Positions 1 through 8,855 of a stretch of 63,783 nucleotides of DNA are shown here, piece by piece. Numbering within the stretch: the first letter of the stretch is position 1; each line of letters begins with the position of its first letter. The notes under the pieces were generated by a model. The model made no database searches. It saw only the letters and a program-made list of their open reading frames with translations, and was not told the origin of the DNA. Location: positions 1 through 63,783 of the forward strand of contig JBBSCN010000001.1 in the NCBI GenBank assembly GCA_038250265.1, read 5' to 3'. This stretch comes from Cytophagales bacterium. Its GTDB lineage: Bacteria > Bacteroidota > Bacteroidia > Cytophagales > Cyclobacteriaceae. The translations under genes were made by a program, and so were the position numbers.

Positions 1-141
1 GAAAACACATATTTTCCGGTGTACATAAATTCGATTTTTTACGAATCTATGGCTCAAGTCGTCACCGTCATTTTATCGGTCTAAACCCCTGTAAATCAAG
101 ATTTCAAAGAACGTTTTTAATATTTTTAATGGACACTAATG
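1..141 (-). mobile_element. Left end of a probable IS4-family (DUF4372-type) insertion sequence; transposase start at 26 runs off the window
   Basis: Minus strand begins CATTAGTGTCCATTAAAAA at 141, resembling the termini of this IS group. ATG at 26 reads MYTGKYVF(S), like the M-x-x-GKYVF start of DUF4372 IS4 transposases. Only ~9 codons are visible. Confidence 0.6.
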
Positions 142-151
142 TTAAAGGATA

Positions 152-565
152 TCAATCTAAAAATCTTGATTTCAATTCAGGGGTGGGAATCATGCAAGCC
201 TCTTGTCGACCAAACCAGCGGTACCGGTTTTTTGCGATGAAATCATAAACAACATCTCTGATAAAAGCGGGCACAATTTTAAACACATAAAATGCGGGCC
301 AAAGTCCACCCAAATCGCGCGCGATCTCCAGTGCGGCACTGCTTTTAGAATAAACCTTGCCATTCTTGATCAGCAATATGGTGTTCAATGCATTGATAGG
401 AAGATTTAAAGTGGTCAAATGATACCGACCAAACTTGGATTGCAAAGCGGCAAACTGAAATTTTGCAGACCGATCGCGTTTGATTACAAACAGAACTGAA
501 CTGTTGCAAAGATTGCAGACCCCATCAAAAAGAATAATTGACGTTACCGAATCAACTGCACCCAT
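152..565 (-). CDS. DCC1-like thiol-disulfide oxidoreductase (DUF393/YuxK)
   Basis: FDGVCNLC (DxxCxxC) motif and the C-terminal RDxxYDFIAKNRYRWFG signature. Confidence 0.92.
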   Translation of the reverse strand: MGAVDSVTSIILFDGVCNLCNSSVLFVIKRDRSAKFQFAALQSKFGRYHLTTLNLPINALNTILLIKNGKVYSKSSAALEIARDLGGLWPAFYVFKIVPAFIRDVVYDFIAKNRYRWFGRQEACMIPTPELKSRFLD

Positions 566-3408
566 CCTTTAATGATTCTGGTGGCTTTCGAAGGATCAAC
601 TACATCAAACGTCACCTGGGCCTCGTAATAATAAACACCGGTGGCGAGGTCTTTTCTATTGTTGTCCTTTCCATCCCAATCAACATAGATATTCCGCTCC
701 CCACCCGACTCGTAAGAATACACTTGGCCTCCCCAACGGTTGAAAACAGTAAACGTCACTTTTTGCACAAATCGTGCGCACCGTTTTTGCAGGTCTAATA
801 TCTGCGCGGATGTAAGGGATTTTTGGGAACAATTAGAGGTTCCGCCTTCGCCAATACTTCGAGTACTGTAGGCACTAAACACATCGTTGCAATTATCTCC
901 GTTAGGAGTAAAGACATTTGGCATCTCATAGTAGGGGCAATTATCAAAGCATAGCTGATCACTCAGTTCACTTTCTTTTCCTGACCGATCGATGGCGGAT
1001 ATCTTATAGCAGCCAGCGAAAGAAGGAAGATTGTTGTGGACAAAAAAAGTGTCTGTGACTACACCAGGTAATTTTTTAAATTCATCACCTACTTTGGCAG
1101 CATAATAAATCGCGTAACTGCTGATGTTAATCTGGCAACCCGGATCAAGTGACCTTTTCCAAGTAAGCGTATTGCTGAATAAGTTACTGGAATTACAACT
1201 AGCACTTTCAAAGTATTTGTTGCAATCAATGTCTTCGGGTCTGGGAGGAAGAAGAGAAGGATTACAGGTAGGAGGATTGTCAACACTCGGCTGCGCGCAA
1301 CTAATCTGCGAAAAATTTATCAGAGGCGTTTGAATCTTGGGATTGCCATAACTGCCATTCGCTTCCACCCGGTAGCAATAGGTTTTGGTTTCATCCAAAT
1401 TCTCATCGACAAACACAAAGCCTTTTTGGTTTACGTTGGCATCGGCAATTTTCACTAATTGAGTTTCGTCCGATCCTCCTGGCCCTCTAAAGATGGAATG
1501 GGTTGGAAAATCAAACGTATTGTTTGACCACGGGACATTCGCAATCCAACGAAGCTCTAATTGTTTAAACGATTGTTTTATTTCCAATCGAACAGAAGAA
1601 GCCACTGCGGAAGAATCTATCCGGATGCCATTTGTGTCAAACCCCAGTATTCTGTAGTTATAGATTATGTCCCGTGTGTTAAGCCCAGTATCGACCCAAA
1701 CGGAATCGGGGCGGGTACCCGGAAATGTTTCCACTAATTTAATCTTTCCACTAAATCCTTCTGCCCTGAACACTTTGTATGAATAAGGCGGTGGAAAATT
1801 AATCTTGTCAATTTCAAAAGGCGACCTCCACTTTACAGTGATCTGGCCGTTCCTGTCATCCGTTTTGTCGATAGTGACGTTGGTGATCACCGCACGATCA
1901 GCTTTGAACGGAGGAACACAAATTTCTTGGGATACAATACTTTTTCCTCCTTTTGGCAATGGAAACACGGCCACCAATCGATAACAATACTTTGCCCCTG
2001 AGGCCAGTCCGGTGTTGGTATATCTAGTTGTGCCTATTGGAAGGATTGCTATTCGGGTATAACCAAAAGAATCGGGCATACCGGTGATGCAAGGCCCAAC
2101 AATTCCATTGAAACTATCTACCCGTCTCCACACCTCCATGGTTGTGGCAGAGGAAGCGCACGCATAATTCTCCCACTCCAAATTAGCAGATCGAGTTGCC
2201 AAATCAACGGCAGCAGTTTTCCAAACTGGCTTTGGCGCTACTACTTTTATTCTCCATGTCTTAAACTGCACAAGCGAAGGACCTTGTGTGGATTTGTCGC
2301 TTATCTTGAAAGTGATTTGATAAGGCTGATCTTTAACATGACTACAATTGGTATTCCAATTAAAATTCAATTGCGCTGGCCGAGGCGGGCCTTGAAACTT
2401 AGCAGGCAAAGGCGAGTAAGTTGCGGGTGGATTGAATGCAAAGATTTCTGAAAATGCTTCTATCTTCAAGCTGTCAGCGGGGTCAGGATCATCGCCAAAA
2501 ATGGTCTCTGAAATGGACGTGCCCGCTTCCACGCAAACGTCCTGAGGCACCGTTAACTCGGGCCGCTCATTCCTACAATCATCAATAACGATCTGCATAT
2601 CTCGGGTGACGTAACCTATTTGCCTCCACGCGATCCCAATTTTCCGCCATTGGATAATTCGGAATGCAATGTTGTATTCTCCAGGTGCTCCGGGGGCATC
2701 CCAAATTATCGTCCCTGTCTCCCGATTTATGGTAAAAGTAGGAGAGCCATTTTGCGTTTCGTTTGCAGCTGAATAATTTAGACCAATTCGATCGTAAAAC
2801 TCCTTTAGATTGGGATCCCTGTAATTGTTGACGGGAACATTTTTATCCTGCTTGGGAATTGTAAACTCATAGGAAAGCGAATCCCCATCTATGTCGTAAG
2901 CACCTGGGTTGTGAAACCACGCCTTTCCCGTGCATCCTTTGTCGATAGGCGGCACCAACAACTTAGGGCTATTGTCGCAGCCAATAAATGGATCGATGAT
3001 GATGACGGTCTCCAAAAAAAACTGTGTGTTCACAGAGTTAGCCATATTCAATATGCCTGCGTTCCGGTTGCGTTCTTTATACGTGATGATATAGTAGCCA
3101 GGCCCTGGAAAAACGTGGGTAGTTTCAAATTCGACAAAGCCGATTCCGGCACCCAATTCAGGTCTAATAGTGTTATCAATAGTAGGGGTTTGGATGGTAC
3201 TGCCATCTCCAAAATTCAAGGTACCGTCACTGAATTTTACGGGAGAGCCCAGATTGGTATATGCTGTAATTTTTATTCGAAAAGTCAAACCATTGCAACT
3301 TACCCGCTCCACGGTAATTTCACCCGCGCGCAAGTGCGTAGCTTGCGATCTTTGAACGATCGCCACCAGCATTAAAACTACCCAGCCACCAATCTTCCAG
3401 TAATTCAT
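544..3408 (-). CDS. Secreted T9SS type B (gliding motility-associated C-terminal domain) protein with FN3-like repeats
   Basis: Signal peptide, THLRAGEIT N-terminus, C-terminal PNVFTPNGD..ND / FNRWG / WDG / GVYYY. Start placed at ATG 3408 because a TAnnTTTG promoter lies at 3432-3439. Confidence 0.88.
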   Translation of the reverse strand: MNYWKIGGWVVLMLVAIVQRSQATHLRAGEITVERVSCNGLTFRIKITAYTNLGSPVKFSDGTLNFGDGSTIQTPTIDNTIRPELGAGIGFVEFETTHVFPGPGYYIITYKERNRNAGILNMANSVNTQFFLETVIIIDPFIGCDNSPKLLVPPIDKGCTGKAWFHNPGAYDIDGDSLSYEFTIPKQDKNVPVNNYRDPNLKEFYDRIGLNYSAANETQNGSPTFTINRETGTIIWDAPGAPGEYNIAFRIIQWRKIGIAWRQIGYVTRDMQIVIDDCRNERPELTVPQDVCVEAGTSISETIFGDDPDPADSLKIEAFSEIFAFNPPATYSPLPAKFQGPPRPAQLNFNWNTNCSHVKDQPYQITFKISDKSTQGPSLVQFKTWRIKVVAPKPVWKTAAVDLATRSANLEWENYACASSATTMEVWRRVDSFNGIVGPCITGMPDSFGYTRIAILPIGTTRYTNTGLASGAKYCYRLVAVFPLPKGGKSIVSQEICVPPFKADRAVITNVTIDKTDDRNGQITVKWRSPFEIDKINFPPPYSYKVFRAEGFSGKIKLVETFPGTRPDSVWVDTGLNTRDIIYNYRILGFDTNGIRIDSSAVASSVRLEIKQSFKQLELRWIANVPWSNNTFDFPTHSIFRGPGGSDETQLVKIADANVNQKGFVFVDENLDETKTYCYRVEANGSYGNPKIQTPLINFSQISCAQPSVDNPPTCNPSLLPPRPEDIDCNKYFESASCNSSNLFSNTLTWKRSLDPGCQINISSYAIYYAAKVGDEFKKLPGVVTDTFFVHNNLPSFAGCYKISAIDRSGKESELSDQLCFDNCPYYEMPNVFTPNGDNCNDVFSAYSTRSIGEGGTSNCSQKSLTSAQILDLQKRCARFVQKVTFTVFNRWGGQVYSYESGGERNIYVDWDGKDNNRKDLATGVYYYEAQVTFDVVDPSKATRIIKGWVQLIR

Positions 3409-3431
3409 ATTTTTCCACACTATTCTATTCT

Positions 3432-3439
3432 CAAAAGTA
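3432..3439 (-). promoter_or_regulatory. Bacteroidota -7 promoter element (TACTTTTG)
   Basis: Matches TAnnTTTG just upstream of ATG 3408. Confidence 0.6.
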
Positions 3440-3548
3440 CAACATTTAAAAAAGATCAACACCTAAATCTCGCCTGCTACAACGCATTATTCACCAAATT
3501 ATTCCAAGGTAAAATCAATTTTTTTGGGCTGAAGCAATATATTGCAGC

Positions 3549-3788
3549 ATGAGAGTAATAGGAGAAATCCCCCATCCCGAAATAAAAATAACCATTTTCC
3601 ATTGGAACAACAGGTACCTGATCAAACTGGAGGCTGGGCCGTTTGAGCAAACGTTCAAAATTGAGGAATATGACCTTTCTTCGGAAGAAGAATTGAAAAA
3701 TGTGATAAACGAAACTTTTATTGCGCAAGCGTTGGCGCGTTTTACCGATATGTCTAACAGTTTGCGGCAGGCAACCCAATTCCTGTAG
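3549..3788 (+). CDS. Small conserved hypothetical protein
   Basis: 79 aa, MRVIGEIPHP..KITIF.WN..Y.IK.E.G..EQTFK, a pattern typical of a Bacteroidota hypothetical family. Confidence 0.75.
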   Translation: MRVIGEIPHPEIKITIFHWNNRYLIKLEAGPFEQTFKIEEYDLSSEEELKNVINETFIAQALARFTDMSNSLRQATQFL

Positions 3789-3815
3789 AATCTTTGGTAA
3801 TGACGTAGGGTGCAT

Positions 3816-3823
3816 TAACTTTG
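3816..3823 (+). promoter_or_regulatory. -7 promoter element (TAACTTTG) for the acyltransferase-gpsA operon
   Basis: TAnnTTTG about 20 nt upstream of the start. Confidence 0.6.
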
Positions 3824-3839
3824 AACTCCCTTAAATTGA

Positions 3840-5531
3840 TTGATGGATATACTTGAGGATAAAAAGAATAAAAACAAGCCTTACAAGCCTATCTTAGAGG
3901 ATATTCCTGATTGGCCAGTCTATCAACTAAGCAAAAATCGTAACGAATTTGTTAACGAAGTAACCCAGCAGGCAATCGCTCGAATTCATGCGCTGCGCCC
4001 GCAGCGTAAACAATTGATTGACGACCTGGAGGCTACCGTTTATCGCGAACAGAACCGAATCAAAAGAAACCGGTGGCGTGCAGATCCCAGAGATGATTCA
4101 AAATTTTGGTCGGGCATAAAAAATGAATTGGTTGAACTAGGCAATAAAAGCCACGAAGAGCCAGATGCAGCGGCCAGCAAAATACTAGAAAGAATTGTAC
4201 ACCGTTACGCCTCTGAAATTGCAGGGAATTTTAAGCAGACTTCCTACCGCTTCGCCCGAAGCGTCATAAAATTTGGCTTTCTGCGTTTGCTGAATGGAGC
4301 ACGAATCAAAAAGTTTGGAGCTTTTTTTAGAAACCGATACACGCTTCGCGACAAAATTCAAATCGTTGGTAAAGTAAAAATGATCCGCCAGTTGGCACGG
4401 CAAGGCACCGTGGTGATGGTGCCAACTCACTTTAGCAACTTAGATTCTATTTTAATTGGATGGGTGATCCATTCCATGGGGCTTCCTGCATTTATCTATG
4501 GAGCGGGGCTGAATCTGTTCAACATAAAAATCATTGCTTATTTCATGAATAGCCTGGGCGCATACAAGGTAGACCGCAGAAAAAAGAATCTGCCGTATTT
4601 AGAAACGCTCAAGATGTATTCCAGTCTGGCCATTCAAAAAGGAGCGCACAGCTTGTTTTTTCCAGGTGGTACGCGCTCACGCTCGGGCAAAATTGAAAAG
4701 CAACTGAAATTAGGGCTGCTAAGCACTGCGATTGAGGCACAGCGAAGTTTATACATGGCAGAAGGTGTGGCGAAGAAAGTATTTATCGTGCCCGTCACGC
4801 TCAATTATAACTGCGTGCTCGAAGCGCCTGAAATGATTGAGGACTATCTACAGGTAAAAGGTCAAGACCGGTATTTCCCTGAACAAGATAAATACGGAAG
4901 TTTTGGAATGATCAAATTTCTCTTCAAGTTTTTTGCCAATCCATCTAGCATATCTGTGTCAATTGGGCCGGGGTTAGATGTAATGGGGAATATCGTAGAC
5001 GAAAAAGGAAATAGCCTAGATGCTACGGGCCGTATTGTTGATACACGCGACTACTTTATTTCCAATGGAGATTTAAACATTGACCGCCAACGCGAAGATG
5101 AGTACACACGCATGCTGAGCCAGCGAATTGTGACCGAATATCACAAGATTAACCGCGTGTTTGCAAGTCATCTAGTGGCGTTCATCGCTTTTCAAATGTG
5201 GCAAAAAAAATATCCAAAGCTAGACTTGTTCAGTTTGTTGCGGTTACCCGAAGAAGAACTGGAATTGGACTACCAAGAATTCAAGCTCGTATTTAAGCGA
5301 GTGCGAAAAATGATTTACCGAATGAAAGAAGAAGGTAAAATCAATTTTGCCACACATTTAAAAGGCGAATCAGATCTCGCCATCCAGCGAGGGCTTGATA
5401 ATGTGGGTGTATTTCACTTGAATAGGCCATTGGTTAAAAACAAAAAAGGAAACATCATCACAAAAGACTTATCGCTTCTCTACTACTACCAAAATCGGAT
5501 GGTTGGCTATGACCTTGAGCAGTTCATCTGA
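3840..5531 (+). CDS. Glycerol-3-phosphate acyltransferase (PlsB-like)
   Basis: HxxxxD motif (PTHFSNLD), AGLNL and FFPGGTRSRSG blocks; overlaps gpsA. Confidence 0.85.
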   Translation: MMDILEDKKNKNKPYKPILEDIPDWPVYQLSKNRNEFVNEVTQQAIARIHALRPQRKQLIDDLEATVYREQNRIKRNRWRADPRDDSKFWSGIKNELVELGNKSHEEPDAAASKILERIVHRYASEIAGNFKQTSYRFARSVIKFGFLRLLNGARIKKFGAFFRNRYTLRDKIQIVGKVKMIRQLARQGTVVMVPTHFSNLDSILIGWVIHSMGLPAFIYGAGLNLFNIKIIAYFMNSLGAYKVDRRKKNLPYLETLKMYSSLAIQKGAHSLFFPGGTRSRSGKIEKQLKLGLLSTAIEAQRSLYMAEGVAKKVFIVPVTLNYNCVLEAPEMIEDYLQVKGQDRYFPEQDKYGSFGMIKFLFKFFANPSSISVSIGPGLDVMGNIVDEKGNSLDATGRIVDTRDYFISNGDLNIDRQREDEYTRMLSQRIVTEYHKINRVFASHLVAFIAFQMWQKKYPKLDLFSLLRLPEEELELDYQEFKLVFKRVRKMIYRMKEEGKINFATHLKGESDLAIQRGLDNVGVFHLNRPLVKNKKGNIITKDLSLLYYYQNRMVGYDLEQFI

Positions 5532-6564
5532 CAAACCAGTAGGGGTAATCGGTGCGGGTAACTTCGGCACCGTCATTGCAAACATCTTGGCAATTAACAG
5601 GCCTGTGTTGCTATATGCCCGCAACGAGCATACTGTAAAACACATCAATCACAAAAGAGAAAATAGAAAATACGATATTCATTCAAATATCACTGCCACA
5701 AATGATCTTGCTCAAGTAGCCAGAGAATGCGATGTGATATTTCCCATGGTGCCATCCGAGCACTTTCGTGCGATGATGAAAGTGCTGGCCATTCATTTGC
5801 AACCTTACCACATTCTCATCCATGGCACAAAAGGTTTTGATGTTACTCTTCCCACCGGTGAAACCATCAACAGCGTTGCTACCCTTGATCGACACATGGT
5901 TAAAACCATGAGCGAAGTAATCCGGGAAGAAAGCGTGGTGGTGCGCATAGGTTGTTTGGCTGGCCCAAATCTTTCCAAAGAACTGGCGCAACGCCAGCCG
6001 GCTGCGACCGTCATCGCCAGTCAGTTTGATGAAGTTATTTTGATTGGGAGAAGATTATTGCGCAATGATCGGTTTCAAGTTTATGAAAACAGGGACATCG
6101 TTGGAGTAGAGATAGCTGGAGTATTGAAAAATATCATAGCCATAGCTGCAGGTGCGTTAAGTGGATTGGGATACGGAGAAAATGCAAAGGGTCTTTTGGT
6201 TAGTCGCGGAGCGGTGGAAATGGTCTATCTAGGACGAGCACTGGGTGGCGATGTAAAAGCTTTTTTAGGTGTAGCGGGCATTGGCGATTTGGTGACCACT
6301 TGCAACAGTCCCTTAAGTAGAAATTTCACCGTAGGATACCGCCTAGCCAAAGGAGAGAAGCTACAGCATATTTTAAATGACATGAGTGAAATTGCCGAAG
6401 GGATAAACACCGTTCGCATCGCGAAAAAATGTGCCGATCACTATAAAGTCAGGGCCTTGATTACCGATCGATTATATAAAGTTTTGTTTGAAGGAATGAC
6501 GGTAGAGTCCGCTCTTGAATTTCTCATGCGCTTTCCCTTGAGCGCGGATATCGACTTTATTTAA
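5509..6564 (+). CDS. gpsA: NAD(P)H-dependent glycerol-3-phosphate dehydrogenase
   Basis: GAGNFG Rossmann motif, GPNL, GVEIAGVLKN, GIGDLVTTC.S.LSRN; exact start uncertain (5503/5509/5515). Confidence 0.95.
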   Translation: MTLSSSSDKPVGVIGAGNFGTVIANILAINRPVLLYARNEHTVKHINHKRENRKYDIHSNITATNDLAQVARECDVIFPMVPSEHFRAMMKVLAIHLQPYHILIHGTKGFDVTLPTGETINSVATLDRHMVKTMSEVIREESVVVRIGCLAGPNLSKELAQRQPAATVIASQFDEVILIGRRLLRNDRFQVYENRDIVGVEIAGVLKNIIAIAAGALSGLGYGENAKGLLVSRGAVEMVYLGRALGGDVKAFLGVAGIGDLVTTCNSPLSRNFTVGYRLAKGEKLQHILNDMSEIAEGINTVRIAKKCADHYKVRALITDRLYKVLFEGMTVESALEFLMRFPLSADIDFI

Positions 6565-6567
6565 AGT

Positions 6568-6963
6568 TTATTCAAAGGCGCTTTTTATTTTTTGAGTGAC
6601 CGAAATAAATTCTTCTTTTGACAGCGAAAGTTTAGGCTTCGCTAAATTAATATCACCGCTCGAATTAAGTGGCACTAAATGAACATGGACATGCGGCACG
6701 TCTAATCCAATCACAGAAATCCCAATGCGTTTACAAGGAACAACTGACTGAATTGCTTTTGCCACCCGCTTCGAAAACACCATCAGGGCGGATAGTTCAG
6801 CATCGGTCAAATCAAAAATATAATCCTCCTCCCGTTTTGGTATTACTAAGGTGTGGCCAATAGCCAAGGGATTGCTGTCTAAAAAAGAAATGAATTTTTC
6901 ATCCTCCGCTACGATATACGCGGGAATTTCTCTGTTGACTATTTTAGTGAAAATACTTGCCAT
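6568..6963 (-). CDS. HIT family nucleotide hydrolase
   Basis: SIFTKIV..EIP, GHTLVIPK and the HVHVH histidine triad. Confidence 0.95.
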   Translation of the reverse strand: MASIFTKIVNREIPAYIVAEDEKFISFLDSNPLAIGHTLVIPKREEDYIFDLTDAELSALMVFSKRVAKAIQSVVPCKRIGISVIGLDVPHVHVHLVPLNSSGDINLAKPKLSLSKEEFISVTQKIKSAFE

Positions 6964-6987
6964 TGAAGAAAATAATTATGATCGTCC

Positions 6988-7464
6988 CTATCCGCCTATA
7001 CTAGTCACTTCAAATTCCATCTCACCCGCTGGCGTTTTTATTTTGACACTATCGCCTTTCTTTTTGCCTAGTAACCCTTTTCCAATGGGAGACTGCGTGG
7101 AGATTTTCCCTGCTTTTAAATCAGCTTCTTCTTCTGACACCAGCATATAAGTAACCGATGCTGCGTTGTCCTTGTTCTTAATCGTCACCTTAGAAAGGAT
7201 AGAAACAACGGACGTATCAATTTTTGATTCATCAATTAATCTGGCACTGCTCATCGAGTCCTCCAACTTGGCAATTTTTGCTTCCAAATGTCCTTGCGCA
7301 TCTTTGGCCGCATCATACTCGGCATTTTCACTAAGATCTCCTTTGTCCCGTGCTTCAGCAATTTGCTTGGCAATGTCTGACCTTCCTTTTGTTTTTAAGG
7401 TGCTCAGCTCTTTAGTCATCTTTTCAAGGCCTTCCTTTGTATAATATGAAATTTGCTTTGCCAT
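6988..7464 (-). CDS. greA: Transcription elongation factor GreA
   Basis: GDLSENAEYDAAK and SPIGKGLLGK motifs; true start is MAKQISYY at 7464. Confidence 0.97.
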   Translation of the reverse strand: MAKQISYYTKEGLEKMTKELSTLKTKGRSDIAKQIAEARDKGDLSENAEYDAAKDAQGHLEAKIAKLEDSMSSARLIDESKIDTSVVSILSKVTIKNKDNAASVTYMLVSEEEADLKAGKISTQSPIGKGLLGKKKGDSVKIKTPAGEMEFEVTSIGG

Positions 7465-7510
7465 AATTATTAAATTAATTCTATCATTTCTCCAACACGC
7501 AATACAAGCT

Positions 7511-7554
7511 AAAAAAGAAAACAACGGCCACCCAAAAATTGCGTGGCCGTTGTT
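7511..7554 (-). terminator. Intrinsic terminator-like hairpin upstream of greA
   Basis: 12-bp stem AACAACGGCCAC/GTGGCCGTTGTT (7520-7554) followed on the minus strand by TTCTTTTTT. Confidence 0.75.
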
Positions 7555-7558
7555 GTTA

Positions 7559-7566
7559 CAAAAGTA
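7559..7566 (-). promoter_or_regulatory. -7 promoter element (TACTTTTG) for greA
   Basis: TAnnTTTG directly upstream of the hairpin. Confidence 0.6.
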
Positions 7567-7753
7567 ATTGAAATATCTTCAAACTAAAAAAATTAGTGGC
7601 TAAGAGTATGCCGAAGTATCGTTTAACTAGTATTTTCGATGTGCTGTTTGTGCTCGGCCTCTCCAAGAACTATATTATTAACGAGAGATCTAAAGCTGAG
7701 TGCTTATATTTTATAAGTCGTCAATCTCATAAACTTTCAACCCTTCGCTAAAT

Positions 7754-8743
7754 TCATTTTACCAACAACTCCCATGCATATTCTATTAAAGACTTACTTA
7801 TTTTCAAATTTCCAGAAACCATTTGCTTCCTTCCATAAAACTGCCAGTAAAGAATTTCCAACGCAGCAAAATGATTCATGAGAGTCAAATCTATCTCATC
7901 CCTGTTCTCATAGCTGTCAAAGACAATCTCAATTTTTTCTTTTGGCACCAGTGCCAAACTCAGATGAGCAACAAATAAACCCAGATCGAATTCTGGAGGG
8001 CCAAATCGAGCAAAAGAAGGATTGGCGATGGCAACACCGCTATCTGATCTAAACCAGTTCAATGGCGTAAAATTACCATGAATTAGCGTTTCGCTTTTTT
8101 GAGCATAGGAGGAGGCCAAAGCTTCGATTCTTTTCTGCACACGTTCGTCTTTATTAATCTCCCGATAAAGCGCAATCAACTCAGCAGAATAAGTTGCATC
8201 CTTTTCTACCATTGCAGCCGGAATCTCTTGCTTAAATAACCCACTAAAAATCTTATTGTTGGTTAAATCAAATTGGCCGTGGGCTTTTTTTTCAAAACGC
8301 AACCTATGTAAAAGGCTTAGCCATTTCGTCAAAAGCTGAATTTCTTCTTGTTCTATCAGGTGGCTCTTATATATGGCGGAAAAGTTTTTCCCATCCTCTA
8401 TAGAATCATACACCAGAATTTTTTCGCCCTCATCATATCCGCGAAAAAGGGGCGTAAATCTTGATAAATATTCGTAATTCCCAATAAGTTGACAAAAGGC
8501 TGCTTCTGTTTTCAATAAACCCACCTCGTACTGAGCATCTTGAAGTACGTCAACTCGCTTAACAAGCAGATCAGAATACGAGGTGATTATCTGATAAGTG
8601 GGCAGATCACAGTTCTTGATCTCTGCCACACTTTTTATAGTCTCAGATTTTGAGATATATCCTTTAGACAAAAGATATTCTGAAAAATACACAACAAGAG
8701 ATTTCTCTAAAAGCGCCTTCTTTCCATCTCTCCTTCCCTTCAT
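7754..8743 (-). CDS. APH/methylthioribose-kinase-like phosphotransferase fold protein with degenerate catalytic motifs
   Basis: LIHGNF...IANPSFARFGPPEFDLG aligns with the HGD...DPEF..FGP.EFDLG motifs of MTR-kinase-like proteins. Confidence 0.75.
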   Translation of the reverse strand: MKGRRDGKKALLEKSLVVYFSEYLLSKGYISKSETIKSVAEIKNCDLPTYQIITSYSDLLVKRVDVLQDAQYEVGLLKTEAAFCQLIGNYEYLSRFTPLFRGYDEGEKILVYDSIEDGKNFSAIYKSHLIEQEEIQLLTKWLSLLHRLRFEKKAHGQFDLTNNKIFSGLFKQEIPAAMVEKDATYSAELIALYREINKDERVQKRIEALASSYAQKSETLIHGNFTPLNWFRSDSGVAIANPSFARFGPPEFDLGLFVAHLSLALVPKEKIEIVFDSYENRDEIDLTLMNHFAALEILYWQFYGRKQMVSGNLKISKSLIEYAWELLVK

Positions 8744-8855
8744 ACCGCGTAATGATACGCAGAAATGAGAATATTAATCAATTCACGTTTCACAAAGGTT
8801 TGAGATTTTACTCAAAACGCAGGCGTTAGTACTTTCCGCTACTGAAGAAAAATCC

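Noticed and set aside
3409-3462. ORF-track N-terminal extensions (also 7465-7524, 22987-23097, 24558-24599, 39554-39586)
   Set aside because: They overlap promoter, terminator or other intergenic sequence, or precede the signal peptide; downstream ATGs fit better
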